DNA from: Treponemataceae bacterium | GTDB taxonomy: Bacteria; Spirochaetota; Spirochaetia; Treponematales; Rectinemataceae | NCBI GenBank assembly: GCA_963667725.2 | Contig: CAXXHO010000004.1 | Span: forward strand, 64,001 to 128,000 | Reading direction: 5' to 3' | Length of the DNA stretch: 64,000 nucleotides | Shown here: positions 9,809 through 18,570 of the stretch, piece after piece | Layout: every line of letters begins with the position of its first letter | Numbering within the stretch: position 1 is the stretch's first letter | Notes under the pieces: generated by a model | What the model was told of the DNA's origin: nothing | Seen by the model: only the letters and a program-made list of their open reading frames with translations | Databases searched by the model: none | Made by a program: the position numbers and the translations under genes

Positions 9809-11122
9809 CTAGAGCGCCCACCAGGGGATGGCGGTGACTGTGTCGCTTATGCGAAGGGGATACGGGGCACGGCAAACGATGTATCCCTGAGGCGCGACGG
9901 CCTTATGATCCTGCAGGAACGCCTCGAGATGGCGCGCATCCTTTTTTGTCGGGTTTTCCGTCCATTTCACCTCTATCGGGACAAGCGCTCCCGCACGCTC
10001 CACGATAAAATCAATCTCAGCTCCGCCCGCGGTGCGATAATAGCTGAGTTTCGCGTCTCCGCGATAGGCAAGCCTCTTATAGAGCTCTATGCCCACCCAT
10101 TGTTCAAAAAGAGGGCCCGGGTTCGCGAGCACCGTGTCCGGACCGAAGGAAAGCCCCGCCAGCGCATTCCGCACGCCGAGATCGATGAAAAAGAATCGGG
10201 GGCTGGAAAGCGCGGTCTTGCGCGGGCTTCCGGAAAAAGCGGGTACCGTGAATCCAAGAAACATGTCCTCGAGAAGCTGATAATGCGCCTTGATCGTGGG
10301 CGAGGAGACTCCCGATTCTTTGGCGATCCCTGAAAAGTTGACAATGCTCCCCGATTCGGCGGCCGCGAGCGACAAGAATCGCAGGAAAGGCCCCCACGCC
10401 CTTATCTGCGCTTCCCGATGAAGCTCCTCCTCGACATACGCGCCCGCATAGGCGCGAAGCACGTCGCTCCTATCGGAGCGCTCGACCGCAATTCCGGGAA
10501 GATCGCCAAAAGTCATCCTATCCTCGAGGCTCCTCGGCGGAAAGGGTATCTTCAGGGAAGGTTCATCCTGAAGACAGGGAAGCAGGCTTCGCCTTCCGGC
10601 GAGTCGGTCGATAGGATATCCCACGGGGATCGTTTGTTCGTACTCGGCGCTGGTGAGCGGATAGAGTCGATGCATGAAGCTTCTGCCGGGGAGCAAATTG
10701 GCGCCGATGCGCCTGAGCCGCCGCGCCGAGCTCCCGCAAAGTATGAAACGGCTGCGCCGCTCTTCCGGCAAAATTCGTTTTTCCTCATCGTAAAGAAATT
10801 GGACCGCATCGAAAAGCTCCGGTACGGTTTGGGCCTCGTCAAGGAAGACCCATCGCGGAGTACCCGCGCGAGGGTTCCCCGAATCGGGGAGCGCTCGGTA
10901 AAGATCGATGAACCTCCCGGGAGCGGCGGCGAACCGCATCCGCAGGGAGGGATCGGAAAAATCGAAGACGAGCGCATCGGAGGGAATACAGCTTCTAATG
11001 AGCGTCGATTTCCCCGTTTGACGAGCGCCGAACATGATATGGACATAGGGCGCCGCCAATTTTTTAGAAAACTCCCCGAAATAAAGTCGATCGAACAGTT
11101 CCATATCCGAATCATCGAACAT
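9809..11122 (-). CDS. AAA_14 ATPase with DUF4143 domain
   Basis: GARQTGKS, FLDEAQ, CGSSARRL, EIDFI...PIEVKW. Confidence 0.9.
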   Translation of the reverse strand: MFDDSDMELFDRLYFGEFSKKLAAPYVHIMFGARQTGKSTLIRSCIPSDALVFDFSDPSLRMRFAAAPGRFIDLYRALPDSGNPRAGTPRWVFLDEAQTVPELFDAVQFLYDEEKRILPEERRSRFILCGSSARRLRRIGANLLPGRSFMHRLYPLTSAEYEQTIPVGYPIDRLAGRRSLLPCLQDEPSLKIPFPPRSLEDRMTFGDLPGIAVERSDRSDVLRAYAGAYVEEELHREAQIRAWGPFLRFLSLAAAESGSIVNFSGIAKESGVSSPTIKAHYQLLEDMFLGFTVPAFSGSPRKTALSSPRFFFIDLGVRNALAGLSFGPDTVLANPGPLFEQWVGIELYKRLAYRGDAKLSYYRTAGGAEIDFIVERAGALVPIEVKWTENPTKKDARHLEAFLQDHKAVAPQGYIVCRAPYPLRISDTVTAIPWWAL

Positions 11123-11195
11123 TTGCCCAGAATTGTAAACTATTACTTTAAATAATTTGAGTATTTTTAAAGTGTTGCTTTTAATTTGTTGACAA

Positions 11196-11374
11196 GACAG
11201 GATTACAGGATGGGACAGGATTTACAGGAAGGAGTTTCGGGTTAGGAAAGAGGACGCTGCGCGCTTCTCGGAGCTTGGCGCGGTTACCGCGGTTACCTAT
11301 CGCTGGACTTCTCTTTCTTGACCAAAGGCGCTTTCCTGTAGGTCCTGAAGGTCCTGTCGTCCTGTCGTCCTGTC
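11196..11374 (+). repeat. Long hairpin repeat, copy 7 (loop type B)
   Basis: Conserved arms with an extra GTCCTGTC unit. Confidence 0.95.
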
Positions 11375-11460
11375 CTTGGGCTTCTTGAATTACGGGAAGC
11401 CGCGGAGATACTTAAACTTATCGGAGTTTCCATTTTCCACGCATCACCGCCTGGGAGGAA

Positions 11461-12438
11461 ATGATGAACAAAAAGGCTACCCGGCATTTTGGATTCCCGT
11501 CGATCATCCTGGCGCTCCTCGCGCTGGCGGCATGGGGCGCGCTGGCCGCCTGCAGCCTGGACACCTACGAACCCAAGGAAAACGAAGTGAAGGTGACCAT
11601 CTCGGGCCTGGGCGACAAGGCCGTCCTTGCCCGCGAAAGCCTTGGCGCCGAGAAGGCGCGGGGCTTCGCGGCGTCCTGGGTGAAGGTGGCGGTGATCGAC
11701 GGCGACGGCGCCCAAACCGGATCGGGCAGCCTCGCCCTGGAGAACGGCGTCTGGGAAGGCTACGTCCAGCTGTCCGGCCCGGGCGCGATGACCTTCATCG
11801 TCTCCGCCGGAACGGCGGCAGACCAGGTCTCGTGGATGGGCAACGGCGCCCTGACCGTCGGCGGGAAAGGCCAGGAGATCACCGTGACGGTGACGGTGCC
11901 CGCCCTCGGCGCGAAGGGCCCCGCCGGCGGCTCGATCTTCTACGACAAGGGCAGCTACTCGAACGGCTGGCGATACCTGGAAGCCTCGCCCACCGACACC
12001 GCGGCGACGGCCTCCGTTTCCGACAATGGGTACCGGCTCTGGGCGGCCCAGACAACCTATGTCGTGGGCAACACCTACGCGGGGATCGGCTACGGCAAGG
12101 AGAACACGGACTGGATCCAGGCCGCGGGCAACGCCACGATGTACCCGGCCGCCTGGTATTGCGCCGAATTGGAATGCGGCGGCGCGGCCGACTGGTTCCT
12201 GCCCTCGTGGGACGAGCTTGCCGAGATGCGGAAGGTCATCGGCCACGCCGGCTTCCATGTCGAGTATCAAGGCGCCTTTTGGTCTTCGACCGAGCGGACG
12301 GCCCTGGACGGCGGCACGGACGCGGCCTACTACGTCTACACAGACGCCTACAAGACGACGAAGGGTCCGGCGCTGAAGACCAACGCGGACGTGTACGTGA
12401 AGGCCGCGCGGCGGTTTTTATGTAAGAGGACAGGATGA
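11461..12438 (+). CDS. Lipoprotein with DUF1566/C-type-lectin-like C-terminal domain
   Basis: Signal peptide with lipobox LAAC; 'GPAGGSIFYDKG...WRYLEA', 'DWFLPSWDEL', 'FWSSTE', 'VKAARRF'. Confidence 0.7.
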   Translation: MMNKKATRHFGFPSIILALLALAAWGALAACSLDTYEPKENEVKVTISGLGDKAVLARESLGAEKARGFAASWVKVAVIDGDGAQTGSGSLALENGVWEGYVQLSGPGAMTFIVSAGTAADQVSWMGNGALTVGGKGQEITVTVTVPALGAKGPAGGSIFYDKGSYSNGWRYLEASPTDTAATASVSDNGYRLWAAQTTYVVGNTYAGIGYGKENTDWIQAAGNATMYPAAWYCAELECGGAADWFLPSWDELAEMRKVIGHAGFHVEYQGAFWSSTERTALDGGTDAAYYVYTDAYKTTKGPALKTNADVYVKAARRFLCKRTG

Positions 12439-12593
12439 CGGGAATGGGACAGGATTTACTGAGAGAATGTTTTTGGGTTAGGAAAGACGACGTTGTGCGC
12501 TTCTCGGGGACTGGCACGGTTGCCTATCGCCGCGCTTCTCTTTCTTGACCAAAGGTTCTTTCCTGTAGGTCCTGATGGTCCTGTCGTCCTGTC
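12429..12593 (+). repeat. Long hairpin repeat, copy 8 (loop type B)
   Basis: Conserved arms; supplies the stop codon of the lipoprotein gene. Confidence 0.95.
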
Positions 12594-12645
12594 AGATTCC
12601 CGAAGAGGGAGCCGGACCATCGGGCTGGCTGCGCTAGCGCTTCAG

Positions 12646-12984
12646 TCATGCCTTTGAGAGTTCGTTTTCAAGCGCTTTCTGCATGAGCTGGTTCAGGGAG
12701 ATCCCCTGCTCCACCGCCGTTCGCTTTGCTCTTTTATGCAGTTCGGGCGATATTCTCACGTTGAAGCTTCCCTTATAGGATTTTTCAGTTTCCTTTTCCT
12801 CTCGCTTGCAGGTTTCAAGATAGTCTTCAACGGATTCCTTAAAGGCGGATTTGAGGGCGTCGACGCTTTTCGCCTCAAAGGTCACCAAGTCGTCTATCCC
12901 TTCCAGCTTGCCATAGAAGATTTCGTCTTCAGCGCAGTAATGTACCGAGCCCATATAGTCTTTATAGGTAAGAACGTCTTTCAT
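12646..12984 (-). CDS. hicB: HicB family antitoxin (orphan)
   Basis: 'YKDYMGSV...FYGKLEGIDDLVTF...VEDYL...YKGSFNVRISPELH...GISLN'. Confidence 0.9.
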   Translation of the reverse strand: MKDVLTYKDYMGSVHYCAEDEIFYGKLEGIDDLVTFEAKSVDALKSAFKESVEDYLETCKREEKETEKSYKGSFNVRISPELHKRAKRTAVEQGISLNQLMQKALENELSKA

Positions 12985-12998
12985 TGTCTTTATTATAC

Positions 12999-13157
12999 GA
13001 CAGGACTACGGGATGGGACAGGATTTACAAGAAGGAGCTTTTAGGTTAGGAGGGCGCGCGGCGCTTATCGGAGCCTATTTAGGTTATGCATACTTGCTCT
13101 TCTCTTTCTTAACCAAAGGTTCTTTCCTGTAGGTCCTGATGGTCCTGTCGTCCTGTC
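12999..13157 (+). repeat. Long hairpin repeat, copy 9
   Basis: Conserved arms, divergent loop. Confidence 0.9.
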
Positions 13158-13537
13158 GTGGTTTTGGGCGTGTAGTCGCGGTACTTGCGCTTGAAGGTGA
13201 TGTCCTGGGGGCCGAAGTTGATCACGAGGCCGGTGGGGGTGTCCGTGGCCTTGAGGTAGTTCACGAGCTGGACTTCGTGGGCTTTGGCGATGGCCTCGAC
13301 GGCTTTGAGCTCGAGGATCACGCGGCCTTTGACGATGACGTCGGCGAAGAAGGAGCCGATGACGGTTCCGTCGTAGAAGACGTCGATGGGCGCCTCGATG
13401 ATGAAGGGCAAGGCGGCTTTGTGCAGTTCCATGGCCATGGCTTGCTTGTAGACGGATTCCAGGAAGCCGGCGCCGAGGGTGTTGTACACCTTGAACGCGC
13501 ACCCGATGATTTTTTCCGTGAGCGGGTCGTCGATCAT
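13109..13537 (-). CDS. GxxExxY protein (PD-(D/E)XK nuclease superfamily)
   Basis: 'LGAGFLESVY', 'ADVIV...ILELKA', 'QLVNYLKAT...GLVINFG'. Confidence 0.92.
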   Translation of the reverse strand: MIDDPLTEKIIGCAFKVYNTLGAGFLESVYKQAMAMELHKAALPFIIEAPIDVFYDGTVIGSFFADVIVKGRVILELKAVEAIAKAHEVQLVNYLKATDTPTGLVINFGPQDITFKRKYRDYTPKTTTGRQDHQDLQERTFG

Positions 13538-13581
13538 GCTAATATTCCGCGCAAAGATAGGGCTCTTGATTCAAATAATTG

Positions 13582-13744
13582 GACAGGACGACAGGAATGG
13601 GACAGGATTCACAGGAAGCGTTTTTGGGTTAAGAGAGCGCGCGGCTCTTCTCTTAACCCTTTTTCATTTTCTCCGCTCTTCTCTTCTCTTTCTTTCTTAA
13701 TCAAAAGCTTTTTCCTGTCAGTCTTGGGGTCCTGTTATCCTGTC
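13582..13744 (+). repeat. Long hairpin repeat, copy 10
   Basis: Conserved arms; supplies the stop codon of the CocE gene. Confidence 0.95.
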
Positions 13745-15618
13745 CTACTAGGAAGGAAGAGGCGGGAGGGGTGCTCCGGCCCCAGATGCAGGGCGTTCGT
13801 CGCCGCACGCCAGGTGCGGGAGGAGCCCTCGGGCTCGCCTGTGTTGGGGTTGACGTCGAAGTGGGGGAAGTTGGAGCTGGAGACGTCCAGCCGGATGCGG
13901 TGGCCGGCGGCGAAGAGGTTGCTGGTGGGGAAGGCGCGCACCGTGACCCTGTAGATCCTGCCGGGCTGCAGGGGCTCGGGCGATTCCCAGGAGTCGCGGT
14001 AGCGGGCGCGCAGGATGCCGTCCGTGAGGTTCATGGCGAAGCCGCGGGGATAGTCGGCGGAGGGCGGGTAGACGTCGATCAGCTTGATGGTGAAGTCGGT
14101 GTCCGGGCAGTCGGAGGAGATCCAGAGCTCGGCCTCGATGGGGCCGGTCACCTCGAGGGCGCTCGCCAGGGGCTCGGTTTGGAAGACGAGGATGTCGGGG
14201 CGCGCCGCGAGGGGGAGGCCGGGGTGGGAGCAGCCGAAGAAGCGTTCGTCTTCGACTTGGTCGAAGGCGCCGCCGCGCATGATGGGTTCGCCGGAGGTGA
14301 TGGAGCCGCCGATGGAGGGGACGGGGTCGCGGGGGTCGTAGCGGTAGGCGATCGAGGTTTCCTCTTGTGGCGGCGTGTCGCCCAGGAGCCCGCCGGGGAG
14401 GAGGTGGAGGGCTCGGCGCTCGGCGTCGGGCAGGGGCCAGTCGGGGGCGCTGCGCCATTCGCCGCCGTGCTCGAGCCGGCCCTGGGCGTTTTTGCGGCCG
14501 GAGCCGCCGCCCATGCGGAAATAGCGCACAGGGAGATCGGATTGGGCCGCGCCGGAGGCGGGGGCTTTGAGCCAGCGGTCGAACCAGGTGAGGCGGAGCT
14601 GGAGGAAGTCGGGGGCCACGTTCCCCTCCAGGGGGGCGCGGGGGCCGAAATCGACGTCGCCCGCATAGGTGAGGCAGCGGTCGCCGTGGGTCCAGGGGCC
14701 AAGGATGAGGGCCAGGGGGCCTTTGCCTCGCCGCTTGAGGTCCTGGTAGTTCTCGGTGGCGGTGCGGGGGTAGGGGTCGTACCAGCTGGACATGTGGACC
14801 ATGGGGATGGCCGCGAAGCCGTCCATGTAGGCGGCGGCGCAGATGCCGAGCCGGCGCCAGAATTCGTCGTACCGGCCGTGGCCCCACTGCTCCAATAAAT
14901 AGTCCTCGAAGTCGGGGAGCCAGCGCAGGGGGGACTGGCCGGCGCGCCAGGGGAGGGCGCGGAACCAGGCGCGGATGTGGGCGAATTCGGACTCCAGCGC
15001 GCCCTTGACGAGGGGGTCGGCAGCGGCCTCGGGGCTCTGGATGGCCTGGCGCATGGCCCAGGTGGCCTGCTTGAGCTCGAAGGCCCCGCCCTGCCTGATG
15101 CCGCCCTGGTAGGCGTCGTGAAAGCCGCCGGAGTCGACGAACATGGCCTTGAGGGCGGTGGGCGCCAGGCAGGCGGCGGCCACTTGGGTGTGGGCCGCAT
15201 AGGAGAGGCCCATAGTGCCGACCTTGCCGTCACACCAGCTCTGGGCGGCGATCCAGGCGATGGCGTCGTAGCCGTCCTCGCCTTCGGAGAGGTATTTGGT
15301 GAAGGTTCCTTCCGAGCGGTGGGTGCCGCGGCAGTCCTGGTAGACGAAGGCGTAGCCCCGCTCGACGAAGTAGGCGGCCACTTCAGCGCGGCCGAGGGGC
15401 TGGGGGTTGGCGACGCTCCGCTCCGAGCGGGAGGGGGCGGTTTTGTCGTAGGGGGTGCGCTCGAGGATGACGGGGAAAGACCCTGGGAGAGCGGCTTGGC
15501 CGCCGCTCTCCCCGCCGGCCGCGGCGGGCAGGTAGACGTCGGTGGCGAGGCGGACGCCGTCGCGCATCGGGACCATGACGTTGGAAAGGAGCACGTAGGT
15601 TTTCTTCGTTTCGGGCAT
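13735..15618 (-). CDS. CocE/NonD family hydrolase (peptidase S15)
   Basis: 'MRDGVRLATDVYLP', 'RTPY', nucleophile 'GLSY', 'GPWTH', 'SSNFPHFD'; RBS GGAGG before MPETKK. Confidence 0.9.
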   Translation of the reverse strand: MPETKKTYVLLSNVMVPMRDGVRLATDVYLPAAAGGESGGQAALPGSFPVILERTPYDKTAPSRSERSVANPQPLGRAEVAAYFVERGYAFVYQDCRGTHRSEGTFTKYLSEGEDGYDAIAWIAAQSWCDGKVGTMGLSYAAHTQVAAACLAPTALKAMFVDSGGFHDAYQGGIRQGGAFELKQATWAMRQAIQSPEAAADPLVKGALESEFAHIRAWFRALPWRAGQSPLRWLPDFEDYLLEQWGHGRYDEFWRRLGICAAAYMDGFAAIPMVHMSSWYDPYPRTATENYQDLKRRGKGPLALILGPWTHGDRCLTYAGDVDFGPRAPLEGNVAPDFLQLRLTWFDRWLKAPASGAAQSDLPVRYFRMGGGSGRKNAQGRLEHGGEWRSAPDWPLPDAERRALHLLPGGLLGDTPPQEETSIAYRYDPRDPVPSIGGSITSGEPIMRGGAFDQVEDERFFGCSHPGLPLAARPDILVFQTEPLASALEVTGPIEAELWISSDCPDTDFTIKLIDVYPPSADYPRGFAMNLTDGILRARYRDSWESPEPLQPGRIYRVTVRAFPTSNLFAAGHRIRLDVSSSNFPHFDVNPNTGEPEGSSRTWRAATNALHLGPEHPSRLFLPSRTG

Positions 15619-15653
15619 GGTGCCTCCGTTATTTCGGCCGCTCGTTAAAAAAC

Positions 15654-15680
15654 GGGGTCTGACCCCGATTTTTAACTTTT
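15654..15680 (-). repeat. Short REP-like motif, stand-alone and inverted
   Basis: Reverse complement reads AAAAGTTAAAAATC-GGGGTCAGACCCC and contains the TAA stop of the upstream ATPase gene. Confidence 0.85.
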
Positions 15681-16670
15681 CGTGTTGAGGTGGCAGGCGG
15701 AGCGGCGGCCTGGAGCGATCTCCGCCAGCGCCGGCGCCGCCTCGCGGCAGAGGGGCATGGCGTGGGGGCAGCGGGGGTGGAAGTGGCAGCCGGGGGGCGG
15801 GTCCAGGGGCGAGGGAATCTCGCCCTTGACGGGGCGGTAGGCGGCCTTGCGGTCCTCGATCTTTGGCACCTGGCTTAAGAGGGCCTGGGTATAGGGGTGG
15901 TTGGGCGCGGCGAAGAGCTCCGCGGCGGGGCCTTCCTCGACCAGGCGGCCCAGGTACATGACCATGACGCGGTCGGAGATGTGCTTGACCACGCCGATGG
16001 AGTGGCTGACGAAGAGGTAGCTCAAGGAAAGTTCCTCGCGGAGCTTCATGAAGAGGTTGAGGATCTGGGCTTGGATGGAGACGTCCAGGGAGGCGACGGC
16101 CTCGTCGGCGACGATCAGCTCGGGGCGCACGGCCAGGGCGCGGGCGATGCCGACGCGCTGGCGCTGGCCGCCGGAGAACTGGTGGGGGTAGCGGTCCATG
16201 TAGGCCGGGTCCAGGCCGCAGCGGGAGAGGGTCTCGGCCACCCATGCGTCGAGGTTTTCCGCGGGCACGAGGCCGTGGACGAGGGGGGCTTCGCCGACGA
16301 TGTCCCGCACGCGGAGGCGGGGGTTGAGGGAGGCGTAGGGGTCCTGGAAGATCATCTGGGCGCCCAGGGCCTTGAGGCGCTCAGTTTTGGTGCGGGCGTC
16401 GGCCAGGGAGACGCCGTTGTACAGGACCTTGCCCGCGCTGGGCGGAAGGAGGCCGACGGCCATGCGGCCCAGGGTGGACTTGCCGCAGCCGGACTCGCCG
16501 ACGAAGCCCACGACTTCGCCCCGGGCGAGGGTGAAGCTGACGTTGTCCACGGCGCGGACGGCGCGCTCGTCGACATGGCCGCCGAGGCGTTTGACGATCT
16601 TGGCGGGCAGGTCGAGTTTCTTGGAAAAGACTTTGGAGACGCCCTCGACGGTGAGGATGGGATCGCTCAT
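15672..16670 (-). CDS. Peptide ABC transporter ATP-binding protein (OppF/DppF-like)
   Basis: [28 protein letters not shown]. Confidence 0.92.
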   Translation of the reverse strand: MSDPILTVEGVSKVFSKKLDLPAKIVKRLGGHVDERAVRAVDNVSFTLARGEVVGFVGESGCGKSTLGRMAVGLLPPSAGKVLYNGVSLADARTKTERLKALGAQMIFQDPYASLNPRLRVRDIVGEAPLVHGLVPAENLDAWVAETLSRCGLDPAYMDRYPHQFSGGQRQRVGIARALAVRPELIVADEAVASLDVSIQAQILNLFMKLREELSLSYLFVSHSIGVVKHISDRVMVMYLGRLVEEGPAAELFAAPNHPYTQALLSQVPKIEDRKAAYRPVKGEIPSPLDPPPGCHFHPRCPHAMPLCREAAPALAEIAPGRRSACHLNTKS

Positions 16671-17647
16671 ACCGGTTCCTCCTCGCTGTGGGGGTGATGG
16701 CAGCGGCAGCCGCGGCCGGGGCCGAGCTCGGTTTCGGCGGGGTCGCGATCGCAGGAGGCGTCGGCCCTGGGGCAGCGCGCCCGGAAGGCGCATTCCTCGC
16801 CGATGGCGAGGGGAGAGGGGGTCATGCCGGGGATCTGGTAGAGTTCGCCGCCCCGAGCCGAGCGCGCGGGCAGGGAACGTATCAGGCCGCGGGTGTAGGG
16901 GTGGCGGGGGTGGTCCAGGATCTGGTCCACGGTGCCGCGCTCCACGATCTTGCCGGCGTACATCACGCAGATTTTATCGGCCAGGCCGGCCACCACGGAG
17001 AGGTCGTGGGTGATCCAGATCAGGGCGGTGCCGGACTCGGCGCAGAGGGCGCGCATTTCGTACAGGATTTGGGCCTGGATGGTAACGTCCAGGGCGGTGG
17101 TGGGTTCGTCGGCGATGATGAGGGCGGGTTGGTTCAGGAGGGCGATGGCGATGCAGACGCGCTGGCGCATGCCGCCCGAGAACTGGTGGGGATAGGCGGC
17201 GAGCCTTTCCTCCGGCGAGGGGATGCCGACCTTGCGCAGGGCCTCCACGGCGCGGCGGCGGGCCTCGGCCTCGCCCACTTTGGCGTGGGCGCGCACGGCC
17301 TCGACCATCTGGGTGCCGATGCGCAAGACGGGGTTCAGGGTCATGAGGGGGTCCTGGAAGACCGCCGCGATGGCCGAGCCGCGCAGCTGGCGGCGCCGTT
17401 CCTCGCTCATGGCGAGCATGTCCTCGCCTTTGAAGAGGATATGGCCGCCGGCGATCCTGCCCGGGCTGTCCACGAGGCCGAGGATGGAAAAGCCGGTGAC
17501 GCTCTTGCCGGAGCCGGACTCGCCCACGATGCCGAGGACTTCCCCGGCGTCCAGGGTGAAGGAGATGTCGTTGACGGCCTTGACCTCGCCCGCCTTGGTG
17601 AAAAAGGAGGTTCGGAGATCGCGCACGTCCAGGGTGGGGGGGGTCAT
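16667..17647 (-). CDS. Peptide ABC transporter ATP-binding protein (OppD/DppD-like)
   Basis: [24 protein letters not shown]. Confidence 0.92.
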   Translation of the reverse strand: MTPPTLDVRDLRTSFFTKAGEVKAVNDISFTLDAGEVLGIVGESGSGKSVTGFSILGLVDSPGRIAGGHILFKGEDMLAMSEERRRQLRGSAIAAVFQDPLMTLNPVLRIGTQMVEAVRAHAKVGEAEARRRAVEALRKVGIPSPEERLAAYPHQFSGGMRQRVCIAIALLNQPALIIADEPTTALDVTIQAQILYEMRALCAESGTALIWITHDLSVVAGLADKICVMYAGKIVERGTVDQILDHPRHPYTRGLIRSLPARSARGGELYQIPGMTPSPLAIGEECAFRARCPRADASCDRDPAETELGPGRGCRCHHPHSEEEPV

Positions 17648-18570
17648 CGCTTGAGCCTCGGGTTGAGCACGTCGCGCAGGCGGTCGCCCATCATGTTGAG
17701 GGCGACGATCACGACGACCAGGGCGATGCCTGGGTAGAAGCTGATCCAGTACTTTCCGGAAAGGAGGTAACGGAATCCGTTGGAGATGAGGAGGCCGAGC
17801 GAGGGCTCGGTGATGGGCAGGCCGATGCCGAGGAAGCTCAGGGTGGCTTCCGTAGAGATGGCCCTGGCCACCATGGTGGTGGCGATGACGATGATGGAGG
17901 GCATGACGTTGGGCATGAGGTGGCGGAAGATGATGCGGGCTTCCGAGAGGCGCAGGGCGCGGGCGGCTTCGATATATTCGCGGTTGCGCTCGGCCAAGGC
18001 CGATCCACGGGCGGCGCGGGCGAAGTAGGCCCAGTGGACGATGACGAGGGCGAGTGTGATTTTGTCCACGCCCTGGCCAAGGACGACGAGGAGGACCAGC
18101 GCGATAAGCAGGGCCGGGAAGCTGAGCTGGAGGTCCACGACGCGCATGAGGAGGGTGTCGAATCGGCCGCCCTTGTAGGCGGCGATGAGGCCGAGCGAGG
18201 TGCCGAGGATGAAGGCAGCGATGGTGCTGATGATGCCGACCGAGAGGCTGATGCGCATGCCGTAGAGGATGGCGGAGAGCATGTCCCTGCCCTGCTCGTC
18301 GGTGCCGAGGAGGTAGGTCATGCCGGAGAAGCTCTTGGAGAGGGGCGCGAGGGCGCCGTCCAGGAGGTCGAGCTTGGCGAGGTCGTAGGGGTCCTGGGGC
18401 GCGATGATGCTGGCGGCCGCGGCGGCCAGGACGAAGAGGGCCACGATGACGGCGGCGATGATGGCCGAGGGGCTTTCGGCGTACTCGGCCAGGGCCTTGC
18501 CGAGGGGGCGGTCGCGGAACGGCACGGCGGTTTTAGCCCGGGCAGCGGGTAGCTTTCGGGCGCGGCTCAT
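17644..18570 (-). CDS. Peptide ABC transporter permease (OppC/DppC-like)
   Basis: 'LGTDEQGRDM', EAA loop 'EYIEAARAL', transmembrane segments. Confidence 0.9.
   Translation of the reverse strand: MSRARKLPAARAKTAVPFRDRPLGKALAEYAESPSAIIAAVIVALFVLAAAAASIIAPQDPYDLAKLDLLDGALAPLSKSFSGMTYLLGTDEQGRDMLSAILYGMRISLSVGIISTIAAFILGTSLGLIAAYKGGRFDTLLMRVVDLQLSFPALLIALVLLVVLGQGVDKITLALVIVHWAYFARAARGSALAERNREYIEAARALRLSEARIIFRHLMPNVMPSIIVIATTMVARAISTEATLSFLGIGLPITEPSLGLLISNGFRYLLSGKYWISFYPGIALVVVIVALNMMGDRLRDVLNPRLKR

Noticed and set aside
11461..12438. Diversity-generating retroelement
   Set aside because: No reverse transcriptase and no template/variable repeat pair seen in the window.
1233..13744. CRISPR array
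   Set aside because: Repeats are over 120 bp, variable, and separated by whole genes; no cas genes.
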